Counted from the stretch's first letter, positions 1 through 10,502 are shown. The stretch: 32,000 nucleotides of DNA from Acaryochloridaceae cyanobacterium VAR_48_metabat_390 (GCA_031422435.1 JANPLU010000048.1:1-32000), one strand, 5' to 3'. Numbers and translations are program-made. Notes: generated by a model not told the origin, from the letters alone.

Positions 1-7
1 CACTACT

Positions 8-562
8 ATGGCTCTTGAATGTCTCAACGCCGTTTTTTCGCAGCTTAATAAAACCCATTGGAAAGATCAGCAGTCCTTTGAAAAATTTATGCGTCTATGG
101 CCCGAGATTGTGGGTGCGGCTGTTGCGGCACAAACGCGTCCGGTTAAGCTGAGCGACCAGGGGATTTTGTACGTTACGGTATCGAGTGGCGTGTGGGCAC
201 AAAATTTAGCCTTCGAGCGGGTCAGACTTTTAAAAAAGGTTAATGCGTCTTGGAACGGCACAGTTAAAGATATTTACTTTTCCACCCGAGACTGGCACCG
301 CAGTAGTTCTCTTCGTCTGCGTCAGGGGATGGAACTAAAGCTTATTTCTAGTCCGGCGCTGAAGATCTCAGGGAAAAGACCGCAGCCAAAAGACGCTCGA
401 GATGCGTTTTCTCGCTGGTCTTTAGCCGTGCAAAAGCAGACCAAGGGAAATGTTTCTTGCCCTTTATGCCAATGCCCTACACCCCTTGAAGAACTTAAGC
501 GTTGGGGTCACTGTTCGCTGTGCCTCAGTCGCCCTCAGTCAGAAAAATTTCCCAAACTTTAA
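8..562 (+). CDS. DUF721 / DciA-like protein with C-terminal Cys-rich tail
   Basis: ORF 184 aa; MRLWPEIVGAAVAAQTRPVKL...ILYVTVSSGVWAQNLAFE pattern typical of DUF721; C-terminal CPLCQCP...HCSLC. True start may lie upstream of the window edge. Confidence 0.8.
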   Translation: MALECLNAVFSQLNKTHWKDQQSFEKFMRLWPEIVGAAVAAQTRPVKLSDQGILYVTVSSGVWAQNLAFERVRLLKKVNASWNGTVKDIYFSTRDWHRSSSLRLRQGMELKLISSPALKISGKRPQPKDARDAFSRWSLAVQKQTKGNVSCPLCQCPTPLEELKRWGHCSLCLSRPQSEKFPKL

Positions 563-588
563 CGAGTGCGCCAGAGAAAGCCGCCGAT

Positions 589-1005
589 CTAGACTTGTCC
601 CAGAATTTGTGAAAACTGAGCGTGCATAAGCGCAATCTCTGGGCTGTGCTGAATGGCTTGAGCATAGCGATGCTCGGCAGTAGAGCCGTCCTCGAGCGGG
701 GTAAGGAGCGCCTGTACTGCTGTCAAAAGCGTTTCAGCCGATTCGGCTTCTTCTGGCTTTTTGGCATTGAGCTGTTCATCAATACGAACAATCATTTGAG
801 AGATGGGTCGCAGCCAGTTAAACCATTCGTGCCCCAACACAAGCTGAAAATATTCACCTCTTGTCGCAATGACGCCGTGCGTTTGCTCATAGGTATTACG
901 CTCATGCTCCATCAGGGCTTTATGGAGGTTTAGCAGTAGGGGTCTAAGATTACGCAGGCGCTGTTGAGACTGCTGATTGAGGTCTGTATCTGAGAGCATT
1001 GACAC
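589..1005 (-). CDS. conserved hypothetical protein
   Basis: 138 aa ORF with non-random composition, no competing sense ORF; family not recognised. Confidence 0.6.
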   Translation of the reverse strand: MSMLSDTDLNQQSQQRLRNLRPLLLNLHKALMEHERNTYEQTHGVIATRGEYFQLVLGHEWFNWLRPISQMIVRIDEQLNAKKPEEAESAETLLTAVQALLTPLEDGSTAEHRYAQAIQHSPEIALMHAQFSQILGQV

Positions 1006-1118
1006 AAAATAGATAAGCGAAGGTGAAAAAATTGAATGAAGGAGTTTTGCAAAGATGACTCACTGAGGGATGAAGCGCAGAAATAATACCCCATGCCCCA
1101 GTGAGACACTTTAAGCAC

Positions 1119-1295
1119 TTAGGAATGGGCGGGTTCTTCAGTAGCGCCACCAGCGGCAGTAGTCCGAGCCTGCTGCTGCTCTAGGGTGGCGATCGCCGCA
1201 TTTACTGCCGCCAAACGGGTTTCTAGGCCATCTCGTGACATTTTGAGAAATTCTAGTTGGGCTTTGCGACAGTGTTGCCGCGTGGCGGCATCCAT
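1119..1295 (-). CDS. small hypothetical protein (probable start MDAATRQHCRK...)
   Basis: ORF 1119..1316; internal Met gives 58 aa protein with plausible helix composition (SRDGLETRLAAVNAAIATLEQQ). Confidence 0.45.
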   Translation of the reverse strand: MDAATRQHCRKAQLEFLKMSRDGLETRLAAVNAAIATLEQQQARTTAAGGATEEPAHS

Positions 1296-1455
1296 AAAAC
1301 AGGAAAATGGAAACATAAGAATTATCCAGCGCTATGACTCTTCTATAGTATGCAAAGTTTTGTGTCAATGGTGTCGATGAATTTTAAGCAGTAGAACGGT
1401 AATCCTTAGAGAGGCTATGAGCGAGTTCTGCATCCTGAAATTCAGCAGAGCTACT

Positions 1456-2124
1456 TTAACTTGCTGTAGGGCAGTCTGTTAACCAAGCTTTAATTGCAAC
1501 GGCAACGCTGCCGTCACTGCTGTTGCGTGGCGCAAGGGGTGGCTGCGAGACAGTGGCAGGATAGACTCCAATCGTGGAATACATCATCGCAAGCTGCCAA
1601 TGCTGCTGCTGCCCAGCGAAGAAAGCCCAGTGATATTCCTGAAGGTTAGAAATGCGTTGCCCATCATAGCGACGCATTAGGGTTGTAAAAAAAACCTGCT
1701 TAACGTCACTCGATTGAGGCTGTGGCGGTAAATCTACTATGCCCGACAGGGGTAAAGGTTCAAATTCGGGTTTTGCCGCCAGCAAAATGTAGCTTTTCGT
1801 AATTCCTGCACGGATACGAACGCGGTTGATGTAGCTCGGTAAGTCTGGGAGCATCCTGTCTATGAGCGCAGTGAGGCTACTCGGACACTGTTGAGCAAGG
1901 GGCGTGGCTTCGGGAGCCGATGGTTGGCTAAAGGCTGGTTTTGCAACCGCCGCCAAGCTATTGCAGAAGACCAGGCTTAAAAGAGTTCCAGCACTGGCGA
2001 TCGCCCCTTTCCTTTGTCCCCAATGCCTAAACAAGGGCAGCAATTTCCTGACAAATGGCAGCAAAGGCCGCTGCGGGGTCGGCGGACTCTGTGATGGGAC
2101 GACCAATGACGAGATGATTAGCAC
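1456..2124 (-). CDS. hypothetical secreted protein
   Basis: 222 aa ORF with signal-peptide-like hydrophobic segment ([24 protein letters not shown]). N-terminus as called overlaps the 3' end of pyrF by about 98 bp, so the real start may be internal. Confidence 0.55.
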   Translation of the reverse strand: MLIISSLVVPSQSPPTPQRPLLPFVRKLLPLFRHWGQRKGAIASAGTLLSLVFCNSLAAVAKPAFSQPSAPEATPLAQQCPSSLTALIDRMLPDLPSYINRVRIRAGITKSYILLAAKPEFEPLPLSGIVDLPPQPQSSDVKQVFFTTLMRRYDGQRISNLQEYHWAFFAGQQQHWQLAMMYSTIGVYPATVSQPPLAPRNSSDGSVAVAIKAWLTDCPTAS

Positions 2125-2767
2125 CAGCGGCGATCGCCTCAGCAGGCGTTAGTGCGCGCTGTTGGTCGCCCAAGGCCGCACCCTTAGGCCGCACCCCAGG
2201 ACACACCAGCAAAAAGTTATCCCCACAGATTTGTCGCAGTTGACTGGCTTCTTGAGGAGAACACACTGCGCCACTCAACCCAGATTCTTTTGCTAATAGC
2301 GCCATCTGAAGGGCATACTCTGGAAGCTCTAGCGGGATTTTGAGATCAAAGGCTAGTTCCCGAGCAGACAGGCTCGTGAGTACCGTAATTGCAATAACCT
2401 TGGGTGGCGCAACCCCTGTTTGGGCTGCTCCTTCAATTGCGGCAGCTTGAGCAGCTTTAAGCCCCACTCGTCCGTTGGTGGCATGAACTGTTAGCAAATC
2501 TACGCCATACCGACCTGCGGCGCGACAGGCTCCGGCAACGGTGTTGGGGATATCGTGGAGCTTTAGGTCTAAGAAGATTTTCTTCTGATGCTGTTTCAAA
2601 TAGTCCAGAATACTAGGGCCGCTGCTGACAAATAGCTCTAGACCCACTTTCCAAAACTGCACCTCGCTGAGAGAGTCTATGAGGGCGATCGCCGCATCTT
2701 TGCTTGGTACATCTAGAGGCACGATGATGCGATCGGCAATGGCAGTAGGAGTAGCTGAAGAATTCAC
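2027..2767 (-). CDS. pyrF: orotidine 5'-phosphate decarboxylase
   Basis: IIVPLDVPS...[51 protein letters not shown] motifs of OMP decarboxylase. Confidence 0.95.
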   Translation of the reverse strand: MNSSATPTAIADRIIVPLDVPSKDAAIALIDSLSEVQFWKVGLELFVSSGPSILDYLKQHQKKIFLDLKLHDIPNTVAGACRAAGRYGVDLLTVHATNGRVGLKAAQAAAIEGAAQTGVAPPKVIAITVLTSLSARELAFDLKIPLELPEYALQMALLAKESGLSGAVCSPQEASQLRQICGDNFLLVCPGVRPKGAALGDQQRALTPAEAIAAGANHLVIGRPITESADPAAAFAAICQEIAALV

Positions 2768-2812
2768 AAAACGTCCCCAAAATATTTGCTCTTATTATGG
2801 CAGGTCAATGGG

Positions 2813-3280
2813 TTATGGCAGGTCAACAGAATCAATGAATGACGGAAGAAAGTCTTGACTTAAAATCTGATCTGCCCCATAGAGACAATTTGATGGGAAG
2901 GATATTGAGAGCAACCCCGTCTCATCACTGGCATCTTCGACGGCGTCTTGATAGCACTGCTCAATCTGCGCCTCAAAATAGGACTTAAGCGATGGATACT
3001 TTCGCAGTAGTCGGCTAATTTGCTTACGAGACTCTCGAATGCTACTTTCCCAACTGGGCGATCGCCGCTCCGCCTGGTGCTGCCATTTCAGCAGATGCAT
3101 CAGCAGTCGGGTGAGCTGACTATCGATCGCATCCCGATGCCGATTTCCCAAATCTTCTACCTCTTCAATCAGATGGGCGAGATCCAGCTCATCAAACCGA
3201 CCCTCCCGCAAAAGTCCAACCGTTTGGCTCACCCAATCGACAAAATCTAAGTCGTAAAGCCTTGGTTTTGCTAGTGTCAT
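2813..3280 (-). CDS. DUF29 family protein
   Basis: YDLDFVDWVSQTVGLLREGRFDELDLAHLIEEVEDLGN...SQLTRLLMHLLKWQHQ is characteristic of cyanobacterial DUF29 proteins. Confidence 0.85.
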   Translation of the reverse strand: MTLAKPRLYDLDFVDWVSQTVGLLREGRFDELDLAHLIEEVEDLGNRHRDAIDSQLTRLLMHLLKWQHQAERRSPSWESSIRESRKQISRLLRKYPSLKSYFEAQIEQCYQDAVEDASDETGLLSISFPSNCLYGADQILSQDFLPSFIDSVDLP

Positions 3281-3326
3281 GCTCTTACCTCTGCCTTAAC
3301 GGTAAGGAAATCCTATTTATCAAAAG

Positions 3327-3399
3327 CGAGCATGGAGGGATTCGAACCCCCGACCCTTTGGACCGGAACCAAATGCGCTATCCACTGCGCCACATGCCC
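3327..3399 (-). tRNA. tRNA-Arg (anticodon CCG)
   Basis: Reverse strand reads GGGCATGTGGCGCAGTGGATAGCGCATTTGGTTCCGGTCCAAAGGGTCGGGGGTTCGAATCCCTCCATGCTCG; 7-bp acceptor stem GGGCATG/CATGCTC (one G-T), D arm, anticodon stem TTTGG/CCAAA with loop TTCCGGT, T arm GGTTCGAATCC. Confidence 0.95.
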
Positions 3400-3482
3400 T
3401 TGACTGCATTTTTCTAAACGCAGCAGCCCCTTTAGCTTATCGTTTACCCGTAGCAACCGCAAATGAAACGATGCGCAGAATC

Positions 3483-4655
3483 CTATAAAAATGCCATTGG
3501 GTCGGTGGGTTCGCCCTGGCGGCGCACTTCAAAATGAAGGTGCGGTCCCGTCGAAAGACCTGTGGAACCCACAGCAGCGATCGGCTGACCTTTCTGTACG
3601 ACTTGCCCTGCCGTGACGTACATCTCGCTGGCATGACCGTATAGAGTTGTAACGTCGTTGCCGTGGTCAATAATGACTGCGTTGCCGTAGCCTCCGCTCC
3701 ATTCTGCTGCTATGACTACGCCGTTGTCTGCGGCTCTAATGATGCTGCCGTATTCTGCACCAAAGTCTACGCCATTGTGGAGGCGACTGGTGCCAAGAAT
3801 GGGGTGTACCCGCCAGCCAAAAGGACTGGTAATGGGGCCATCGGACGGCAGTAAAAACTGACCCGAACCTGGGACAAATATTGCGCCAGGAAACGCAATT
3901 CTCGCAGCTAGCTTTTGCTGAATATTTTGCGAAATGCGGCTAGATTCTTCTGCTAGCTGCTGTTCGGCGGCGGTCAGGGCTTGGCGATCGCTCTTCAGTC
4001 GATTGGCGAGAATGCTTTCGGATTGCGCCTGGTCTTGGGCAGATACCTTTTGGGTGGTGAGCTGCTGAGTAATAAGCGCAATCTGGTTTTTTTGAGCCTC
4101 AGTTTCTAGCTTTTTAGCCTCGATGACATCTTTTGCCTGCTTAAGCTCCACTAATGCCTTTTGGTCTTCGCCATAAACCCGCTTAAGCTGATACTGGCGA
4201 TCTATTAAAGCTTCTAAGGATCGACTTTGCATGAGGGCAACCCACCCTTGAGCGTCGTTTTGGCGCTGCAAAAATCGGAGCCGTGCAGCGGTGCTGGTCT
4301 GCTGCTTATCGTATTTTGCCTGGAATACAGCAAGTTCCTTTTCGATTTGCTTTAGCTTTTCATTCGCGGCCTTTAGCTTATTCTGCTGCACTTCAATTTG
4401 GGAGGCGGTAGCCTCAATTTGTTGCCCCAGCCCCCCAATGCGATCGCGGGTAGCCTTCTCCTGCTGCTCTAGCTGCTGTTTGGCCTGATTCACGCTAGAG
4501 CGGTACTGATTAATCTGCTGCTGCTTTTGCTGAAGCTCTGGCAAAGATGCGTCATTGACCGCCCAGGCCGTTGCTGGAGGCAGCAGCAGCTCCCCTAGTG
4601 CAAGCTGCATGGCAATGGAGAACGCTAAAATTAACCCTTTAAAAGCAGTGAACAT
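3483..4655 (-). CDS. murein hydrolase activator EnvC-like, M23 family peptidase
   Basis: Signal peptide, long coiled coil, C-terminal HNGVDFGAEYGS...VIIDHGND...LYGHASE...GSTGLSTGPHLHFEVRRQG M23 signature. Confidence 0.9.
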   Translation of the reverse strand: MFTAFKGLILAFSIAMQLALGELLLPPATAWAVNDASLPELQQKQQQINQYRSSVNQAKQQLEQQEKATRDRIGGLGQQIEATASQIEVQQNKLKAANEKLKQIEKELAVFQAKYDKQQTSTAARLRFLQRQNDAQGWVALMQSRSLEALIDRQYQLKRVYGEDQKALVELKQAKDVIEAKKLETEAQKNQIALITQQLTTQKVSAQDQAQSESILANRLKSDRQALTAAEQQLAEESSRISQNIQQKLAARIAFPGAIFVPGSGQFLLPSDGPITSPFGWRVHPILGTSRLHNGVDFGAEYGSIIRAADNGVVIAAEWSGGYGNAVIIDHGNDVTTLYGHASEMYVTAGQVVQKGQPIAAVGSTGLSTGPHLHFEVRRQGEPTDPMAFL

Positions 4656-4800
4656 TCAGATTGGCCTGAAATAGGCTTGATTAAGACATTATGAAGGCGG
4701 CCTATGCAAACAGACGTATGCCCTAAGCTAATGTACCCTAATCTTTTAATTCGCCGAACTTATCTGCCGCACGGATGGCTCATTTATTTCAGTTTTATAG

Positions 4801-5187
4801 CTACAGCGCCGCTTTGACCTGTGCCTCAAACCAGCCAATGATTTGTGGCAGCGTGAGTTTCTCAAGGGCAATATTTTCTTGCTGGGCAATTTTTTGAAGC
4901 GGAATGAGGGATGAAATCAGTAAGCGGTCAAACAGCTCTATAAAAGACTCATCCGCTGGCGCTTGAAGGTTGAGGCTAGCATCTTGACGAATCCAGGTGC
5001 TAATCTGCTGAGGCTGAAGTTCTGCAATGGTGATGCTCAAGGCTTGACTCACCTGCTGTAGATATCGCCAGCTATAGACTGTGATGCGAATTGAAAAGCG
5101 ATCGCGGGTGGGCAGTAAGGTCTGATCAATCTGGGCACATTCTTCAGGCGAAAGAAACTGACCGAAGGATTCAGGAAAATTTAGCAT
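4801..5187 (-). CDS. hypothetical protein, overlaps upstream DNA methyltransferase by 7 bp
   Basis: 128 aa ORF starting inside the 3' end of the methyltransferase ORF; no recognised family. Confidence 0.6.
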   Translation of the reverse strand: MLNFPESFGQFLSPEECAQIDQTLLPTRDRFSIRITVYSWRYLQQVSQALSITIAELQPQQISTWIRQDASLNLQAPADESFIELFDRLLISSLIPLQKIAQQENIALEKLTLPQIIGWFEAQVKAAL

Positions 5188-6512
5188 GGCGAACTTTCTA
5201 GCTGTTTGCTTTTTGTGGTCCTACTTTTGCTATCGCGGCGGCGAATGGGCACCTCAATACCCCAGTATCGCGCAGCCTGGGACATATCCAGTTCAAGGAG
5301 CGTAAGGTCGCCCAATTTTAGAAAATTTTGGGGCTGCATAGGCTTAGCCTTCATTGCTTCCATCAGCGAGGCCGCGACATGACGGGCAAGCGGTGGCGGT
5401 ACTGCATTGCCAATTTGTCTCGCCCCGTGCCATTTTGTGTGATGCAACCTAAACCAGTCGGGGAAGCCATGCAGCCGTGCCATCTCGCGCACCGTAATAC
5501 AGCGGGGCTGCTCATAGTGGATGGGTCGGGGACTCGTAAAGGCGCCTCGTGCCGAATCTGTCCCAGCGCGTAAAGTATTGGCTACACCGTCTACCGAAAG
5601 CTTAAAAAACCTTGAGATTGGCTCAACCTGGCCTGGGGACGTTTCGGCAAAGCGACGGCGAGAAATGTCTGAATGATTAGAGCGGATGCTAGAGGTTAAT
5701 AGCTTAGGATTCCACTGTCTGTGGTAGCCACAATGCCATGAACCATTTGCTATGCAGCGCATCTCTTGGGCATAGGCGCTCTTAGGTTTCTGCCAGCGCC
5801 AGAGAAGCGTGTTATCGCCTTTCACAAGCGCATCGAACGCCTCAGGATCGGGTAAATCGCTGAGGGCATCGTGGCAAGATGGCCCTTCGGGGAGTTTAAG
5901 CGCCGCAAACTTAGCCACTCCAGCAGGTCTTGTAGTCGGTTCAGGGTATTCTGGCAGCGGCAAGCCCTGCCTTGCACCCATTAAAATCAATCGCTCTCGG
6001 TTTTGCGGCACGCCAAAAAACGATGCGTTAAGGACTTTCCACGGCAGCAACACCCGATAGCCCAACTCATCAAATGCAGCGATCAGCTCTTCTAAAAACA
6101 GCCGATGTTTACCAACCGTCAGCCCCTTCACGTTCTCAAACACAAAATAGGAGGCTTCTAACTCATCCACAATCCTTACAAACTCTCGCACCAAAGCATT
6201 TCGCGGATCTTCAAGGGCACGTTGCCCCATCAGCGAAAAGCCCTGGCAGGGTGCGCCGCCAAATACGACATCAACAGGGCGATCGCCAATCCCTGCTGCT
6301 AGCCGAATATCTGCCCCAGATAGCGTCGCCACAGACTGAGGCAGCACCGCGCAATTAGGGAAATTAAACTTGTGAACTGCCGCGTGGACAGGGTCTACCT
6401 CAACTGCTGCGACCACATCAAACCCAGCTTGCTCAAAACCTAGGCTAAGGCCCCCTGCCCCTGCAAATAAATCAATTCCGGTGGGTCTGTAGGACATGCT
6501 TAACTCATTCAT
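5181..6512 (-). CDS. DNA (cytosine-5-)-methyltransferase
   Basis: Motif I DLFAGAGGLSLGFEQAGF, motif IV GGAPCQGFS, motif VI ENVKGL, motif VIII PQNRERLILMG, motif IX/X RLHGFPDWF..RQIGNAVPPPLA. Confidence 0.95.
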   Translation of the reverse strand: MNELSMSYRPTGIDLFAGAGGLSLGFEQAGFDVVAAVEVDPVHAAVHKFNFPNCAVLPQSVATLSGADIRLAAGIGDRPVDVVFGGAPCQGFSLMGQRALEDPRNALVREFVRIVDELEASYFVFENVKGLTVGKHRLFLEELIAAFDELGYRVLLPWKVLNASFFGVPQNRERLILMGARQGLPLPEYPEPTTRPAGVAKFAALKLPEGPSCHDALSDLPDPEAFDALVKGDNTLLWRWQKPKSAYAQEMRCIANGSWHCGYHRQWNPKLLTSSIRSNHSDISRRRFAETSPGQVEPISRFFKLSVDGVANTLRAGTDSARGAFTSPRPIHYEQPRCITVREMARLHGFPDWFRLHHTKWHGARQIGNAVPPPLARHVAASLMEAMKAKPMQPQNFLKLGDLTLLELDMSQAARYWGIEVPIRRRDSKSRTTKSKQLESSPC

Positions 6513-6585
6513 CTACTGGATTAAACCAAAAAACACGTCGCTAGGACGTGTTTTTGATTTCGCTAGTTAGCGCTACGAGCGTTAA

Positions 6586-7281
6586 CTAGGCAGCAACTAA
6601 GCCATAGGCAGACATCTTCATAATGTCGCGGGTGGTAAAGCCGATATTGCTAAGGGCTTCGCCGTACTGAATCATAAAGTCCTCGACCAGCGCCTCTTTT
6701 TCCATGTTCAGGACTTTTGCATCCTTTTCCACTTCATTGAGCATCCGCCAAACGATGGGCAAATTTTGGCGATTGGCAGCTTCAACTTCTTCCTTGGTAG
6801 CCTCAAAGTTTTCCTTGAGCCAGATTTCCCCAAAGTTGAGGTGGCTGTACTCATCTTTAACCACGCCCTCGGTGATTTTACGAGCAAAGTCATCCGCGAC
6901 AGGGATGTAGATGTTGTAGGCGGCGATCGCAAAGCACTCAATAATCAGCGACTGAATCACCAAACAGGCTGCAACCTTGTTTTCGCTGGCGGCAGTTTGG
7001 AAATTTTCATGGAGGCTCGCAAAAAATTGACTCGCAAAGCCTAAGTCCGGCGTAACGCTGAGATTCCGAGCGCAGGCTTCAAACCCCTTGCGATGCCGAG
7101 CCTCCATCTTAGAAAGACGCAAGAGATCGTCTTTTTGATTCGGCAGCATCTCCGCTAGACGGATGTAGTTTTCGTGAGCTTCCTGTTCGCCTTCAATCAC
7201 GATTCCATTGATTCGGCTATAGGCGTCACGGTAGATATCACTATGAAAATCAATGTCCGGGCTAGCCTGGAGTTGGGGCAT
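6586..7281 (-). CDS. ado: aldehyde oxygenase (deformylating), cyanobacterial alkane biosynthesis ADO
   Basis: [69 protein letters not shown] di-iron ligand motifs of ADO. Confidence 0.96.
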   Translation of the reverse strand: MPQLQASPDIDFHSDIYRDAYSRINGIVIEGEQEAHENYIRLAEMLPNQKDDLLRLSKMEARHRKGFEACARNLSVTPDLGFASQFFASLHENFQTAASENKVAACLVIQSLIIECFAIAAYNIYIPVADDFARKITEGVVKDEYSHLNFGEIWLKENFEATKEEVEAANRQNLPIVWRMLNEVEKDAKVLNMEKEALVEDFMIQYGEALSNIGFTTRDIMKMSAYGLVAA

Positions 7282-8063
7282 ATCTGTTGAATCTCCTAGT
7301 GGTTCTATAGTTATGGGCTGAATTGATAAAGATTTATATCAAACAGTCATTATGTAATCTGAGTCCTTTACAGTTTACTGCACTCTCTAGAGGCATTCAG
7401 AATTTTCTGCCTTTAGAGTGATGAGTCTGTCTTGCAGCAAGGATGGATTTTTGACGCAAGGCGATCGCTCCAACCGCAAGCCTTTGTCTGAAGCCGAATC
7501 AATCTCTCTGATTTCAGCGTACCCAATTCGAGCCGTCTAATATTCTCTACGCATCTCAATGAGGATTGGATTTGTTTATAAAGAGATGCTTAAGTAAGCT
7601 AGAAGCCCTACATCAGCATGTTATCTTTTGTGGACTGGTGTAAAGGCGTGCAGAATTTAAGTCTAAAAAGTATAGGCATCAACGCAAGGACGATTTTAGA
7701 GTCCATGCTGACCTATAGAGCAGCATTAACTTTTGCCCACGCTTGAAAAAAGGGTAAAGAGTCTTTTAGATATTTAGGTGTGAGTATCAACAGGCTTTGA
7801 GCGGGCTTTATATATTCATACACCCAGGTTATGAAGCGTCTGGCTTGATACACTTCCCTAGCTTTAGTAGAAATACTGATCTCCACGTCTTGCAGCGTTC
7901 CGTTATCAGTCTTTTGGAAAATAAAGGTTCAGTATTTTATGGATGCTAAATCCGTCAAAATATCGTTAAATCAGTTAAATAAACGAATTGGTCTGGATTA
8001 AAGCAGGTATACCGCCACTTCATTAACCTATACCTGCGGCATCAAATTATTGGGGGTGAATTT

Positions 8064-8261
8064 ATGGCTGCTGCGACCAACACACAAAATCGACTGCTAG
8101 GCTTTCTGAAAGAAGAGCTGCTATTGCCCAGTGACTCCATTGATCTAGCGCTGCGTCAGTGTAATCAACGCTCTGGCTCGCTGCCCATTATCTTGTGGCA
8201 CTATGGCCTGATTACTTTAGATCAGCTCAGCAGTATTTATGACTGGTTAGAAACGGCTTAG
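8064..8261 (+). CDS. DUF2949 family protein
   Basis: LLGFLKEELLLPSDSIDLALRQCNQRSGSLPIILWHYGLITLDQLSSIYDWLE matches the small cyanobacterial DUF2949 type. Confidence 0.8.
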   Translation: MAAATNTQNRLLGFLKEELLLPSDSIDLALRQCNQRSGSLPIILWHYGLITLDQLSSIYDWLETA

Positions 8262-8284
8262 TCTTTTACTATCTTGAAGCATTT

Positions 8285-9445
8285 CTATGATGAGGCGGCG
8301 AGCGCTTTACAGGCTGCGCTAACGCCAGCTCCAGGGGTAAAGGCTGTGTGACCTAGTTCTGGCAAGACCGCTTCTAACGCGGAGATTGCGGTCAAAATAT
8401 CGCGATCGCACACAAACCCCAGATGGCCTACCCGTACAATTTTACCTTCGAGTTCATCTTGCCCACCCGCCAGAGCAATATCAAAACGTTGGCGAAGATA
8501 TGATCGCAGCTTTTCTGCTTCAACAGGTGCAGTAACTACCGCCGTAATTGCAGGGCTAGCCGATGCATCATCTTGAGCATACAGAGACAGACCCAGCGCT
8601 CGGACAGCCGCACGAGTAGCAAGTTTATGACGATGATGACGCGCAAAAATGGCTTCTAGCCCTTCCTGTTGCATTATTTCTAAAGCAACCTGAAGCCCAA
8701 ACACAAGGTTAATGGCAGGTGTAAAGGGAGTCGTATTGTGAATCGCTTCAGCGCGATATTTACCGAGGTCTAGATAAAACTTAGGCAGCTTTGCGGTCTT
8801 GTAGGCATCCCACGCTTTTGCGCTTACGGATACAAAACCCAAGCCCGAGGGCATCATATAGCCCTTTTGAGAGGCTGATGCAACCACGTCTAGCTCCCAT
8901 TCATCAATGGGAACCGAAGCAGCACCTAAACTGGTCACGGCATCCACAATGCTTAGTGCCGTGCCGTGGGCTTTGATATAGCGACTAATCGTTTCTAGGT
9001 CGTTGATAACGCCCGTCGAGGTTTCGCTATGGGTGATGATGACGGCTTTAACTTGTTTGGCAGTATCGGCTTCTAAGGCTGCACGAATCGCTTCTGGATC
9101 TAGCGCTTTACCCCACGGTGCGCTGATGCGCTCTGCCGCTAGGCCAAACGCATCGCACATGTCAGCCCAGCGTTCGGCAAATTTGCCATTGCAGCAGACG
9201 AGGACGCGATCGCCAGGACTCAGGAAGTTCACGATGCTTGCTTCCATCGTGCCCGTGCCGCTGGCAGTTAGCACCAGTACGTCGTTAGCCGTCTGGTGAA
9301 GCCACTTCAGGTTTATTAAAACCTGCGCCATAATTTTGCTAAAGTCTGCACTCCGATGACCCATCGGGTGCCGCCCTAAAGCAGACAAAACAGATTCCGG
9401 AACTGGGGTAGGCCCCGGAATCATCAGCATGAGCTTATCTTTCAT
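8285..9445 (-). CDS. class V aminotransferase, serine/alanine-glyoxylate aminotransferase type (soluble hydrogenase 42 kDa subunit-like)
   Basis: ORF 8285..9514; MKDKLMLMIPGPTPVPESVLSALGRHPMGHRS probable true start; LTASGTGTMEASI, VDAVTSLG, SQKGYMMPSGLGF PLP-lysine region. The longer ORF would overlap the gap gene. Confidence 0.9.
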   Translation of the reverse strand: MKDKLMLMIPGPTPVPESVLSALGRHPMGHRSADFSKIMAQVLINLKWLHQTANDVLVLTASGTGTMEASIVNFLSPGDRVLVCCNGKFAERWADMCDAFGLAAERISAPWGKALDPEAIRAALEADTAKQVKAVIITHSETSTGVINDLETISRYIKAHGTALSIVDAVTSLGAASVPIDEWELDVVASASQKGYMMPSGLGFVSVSAKAWDAYKTAKLPKFYLDLGKYRAEAIHNTTPFTPAINLVFGLQVALEIMQQEGLEAIFARHHRHKLATRAAVRALGLSLYAQDDASASPAITAVVTAPVEAEKLRSYLRQRFDIALAGGQDELEGKIVRVGHLGFVCDRDILTAISALEAVLPELGHTAFTPGAGVSAACKALAASS

Positions 9446-9497
9446 TGCTGTCTTCTGTACCGATGTTAAGGATGGTGCCGCTGCCGCTGCTGTTACC

Positions 9498-10502
9498 TTA
9501 CCACTTGGAAACAACGTACTCGGTCAAGTCAAGCACACGTTGGCTATAGCCCCATTCGTTGTCGTACCATGCCACAACCTTTACCATGTGACCACCCATC
9601 ACCATGGTGAGGGCAGCGTCAATGATAGAAGAGCAAGGATGACCTTTATAATCGCTGGAAACAAGCTCAATATCGCTATAGTGCAAAATGCCCTTCATAG
9701 AGCTTGCCGCAGCCGTTTGAAGTGCTTGATTCACCTGTTCTGCAATCGTAGGCTTTTCAACTTGCGCGACAAAATCAACCACCGACACGTTAGGCGTGGG
9801 CACGCGCAGCGCAATGCCGTTTAACTTACCCGCCAATGCAGGAATCACTAGACCCACAGCCTTTGCCGCACCCGTTGAGGTAGGCACAATATTGACCGCA
9901 GCAGCTCGTGCGCGGCGAAGGTCGCGGTGGCTTGCATCTAAAATGCGCTGGTCGCCTGTATAGCTGTGGGTGGTGGTCATCATGCCTTGCAGAATGCCAA
10001 ATTCTTCGTGCAGCACTTTCACGATGGGTGCTAGGCAGTTGGTGGTGCAGCTTGCGTTACTAATAATGTCGTCGCTGGTTTTGTAGTCTTGGTGGTTAAC
10101 CCCAAAGACGTACATAGGCACTGAACCTTTACCAGGTGCCGTAATGACAACTTTCTTTGCCCCTGCATTGATGTGCTTACCTGCACCTTCTGGGGAGATA
10201 AAAACGCCTGTGGATTCAATAACAATGTCAATATTCCATTCACGCCAAGGCAGGTTTTCTGGGTTCCGGTCAGAGACGCACTTGATAACGTGACCGTTTG
10301 CGGTAATGGAGTTATCGTCTGCGCTAATCTCGGCATCTAGTACGCCCAGCATGGAGTCATAGCGCAGCAGGTGAGCATTGGTTCTAGGATCGGAGGTGTC
10401 ATTAATGGCAACGATCTCAATATTGCTGCTTGGTCGCTGCAACCAGCACCGCATGAAGTTACGTCCGATGCGCCCAAACCCATTGATCGCTACTCTAATC
10501 AC
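9498..10502 (-). CDS. gap2: glyceraldehyde-3-phosphate dehydrogenase, type I, photosynthetic Gap2 type
   Basis: [54 protein letters not shown] catalytic Cys motif, [15 protein letters not shown]. Confidence 0.95.
   Translation of the reverse strand: MIRVAINGFGRIGRNFMRCWLQRPSSNIEIVAINDTSDPRTNAHLLRYDSMLGVLDAEISADDNSITANGHVIKCVSDRNPENLPWREWNIDIVIESTGVFISPEGAGKHINAGAKKVVITAPGKGSVPMYVFGVNHQDYKTSDDIISNASCTTNCLAPIVKVLHEEFGILQGMMTTTHSYTGDQRILDASHRDLRRARAAAVNIVPTSTGAAKAVGLVIPALAGKLNGIALRVPTPNVSVVDFVAQVEKPTIAEQVNQALQTAAASSMKGILHYSDIELVSSDYKGHPCSSIIDAALTMVMGGHMVKVVAWYDNEWGYSQRVLDLTEYVVSKW

Noticed and set aside
622-933. 103-aa + strand ORF antisense to the 589..1005 hypothetical protein
   Set aside because: The minus-strand ORF has more protein-like composition and is longer; the two cannot easily both be coding.
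3437-3670. 77-aa minus-strand ORF overlapping the 3' part of the M23 peptidase gene
   Set aside because: Different frame within a well-supported CDS; no independent evidence.
4801-6512. Classical restriction-modification or other defence system around the methyltransferase
   Set aside because: No endonuclease, helicase or specificity-subunit features in neighbouring ORFs; the partner protein is small and unrecognised, so only a coupled-gene observation is reported.
9429-9824. 131-aa + strand ORF over the gap2/aminotransferase junction
   Set aside because: Antisense to gap2; no recognisable protein features.
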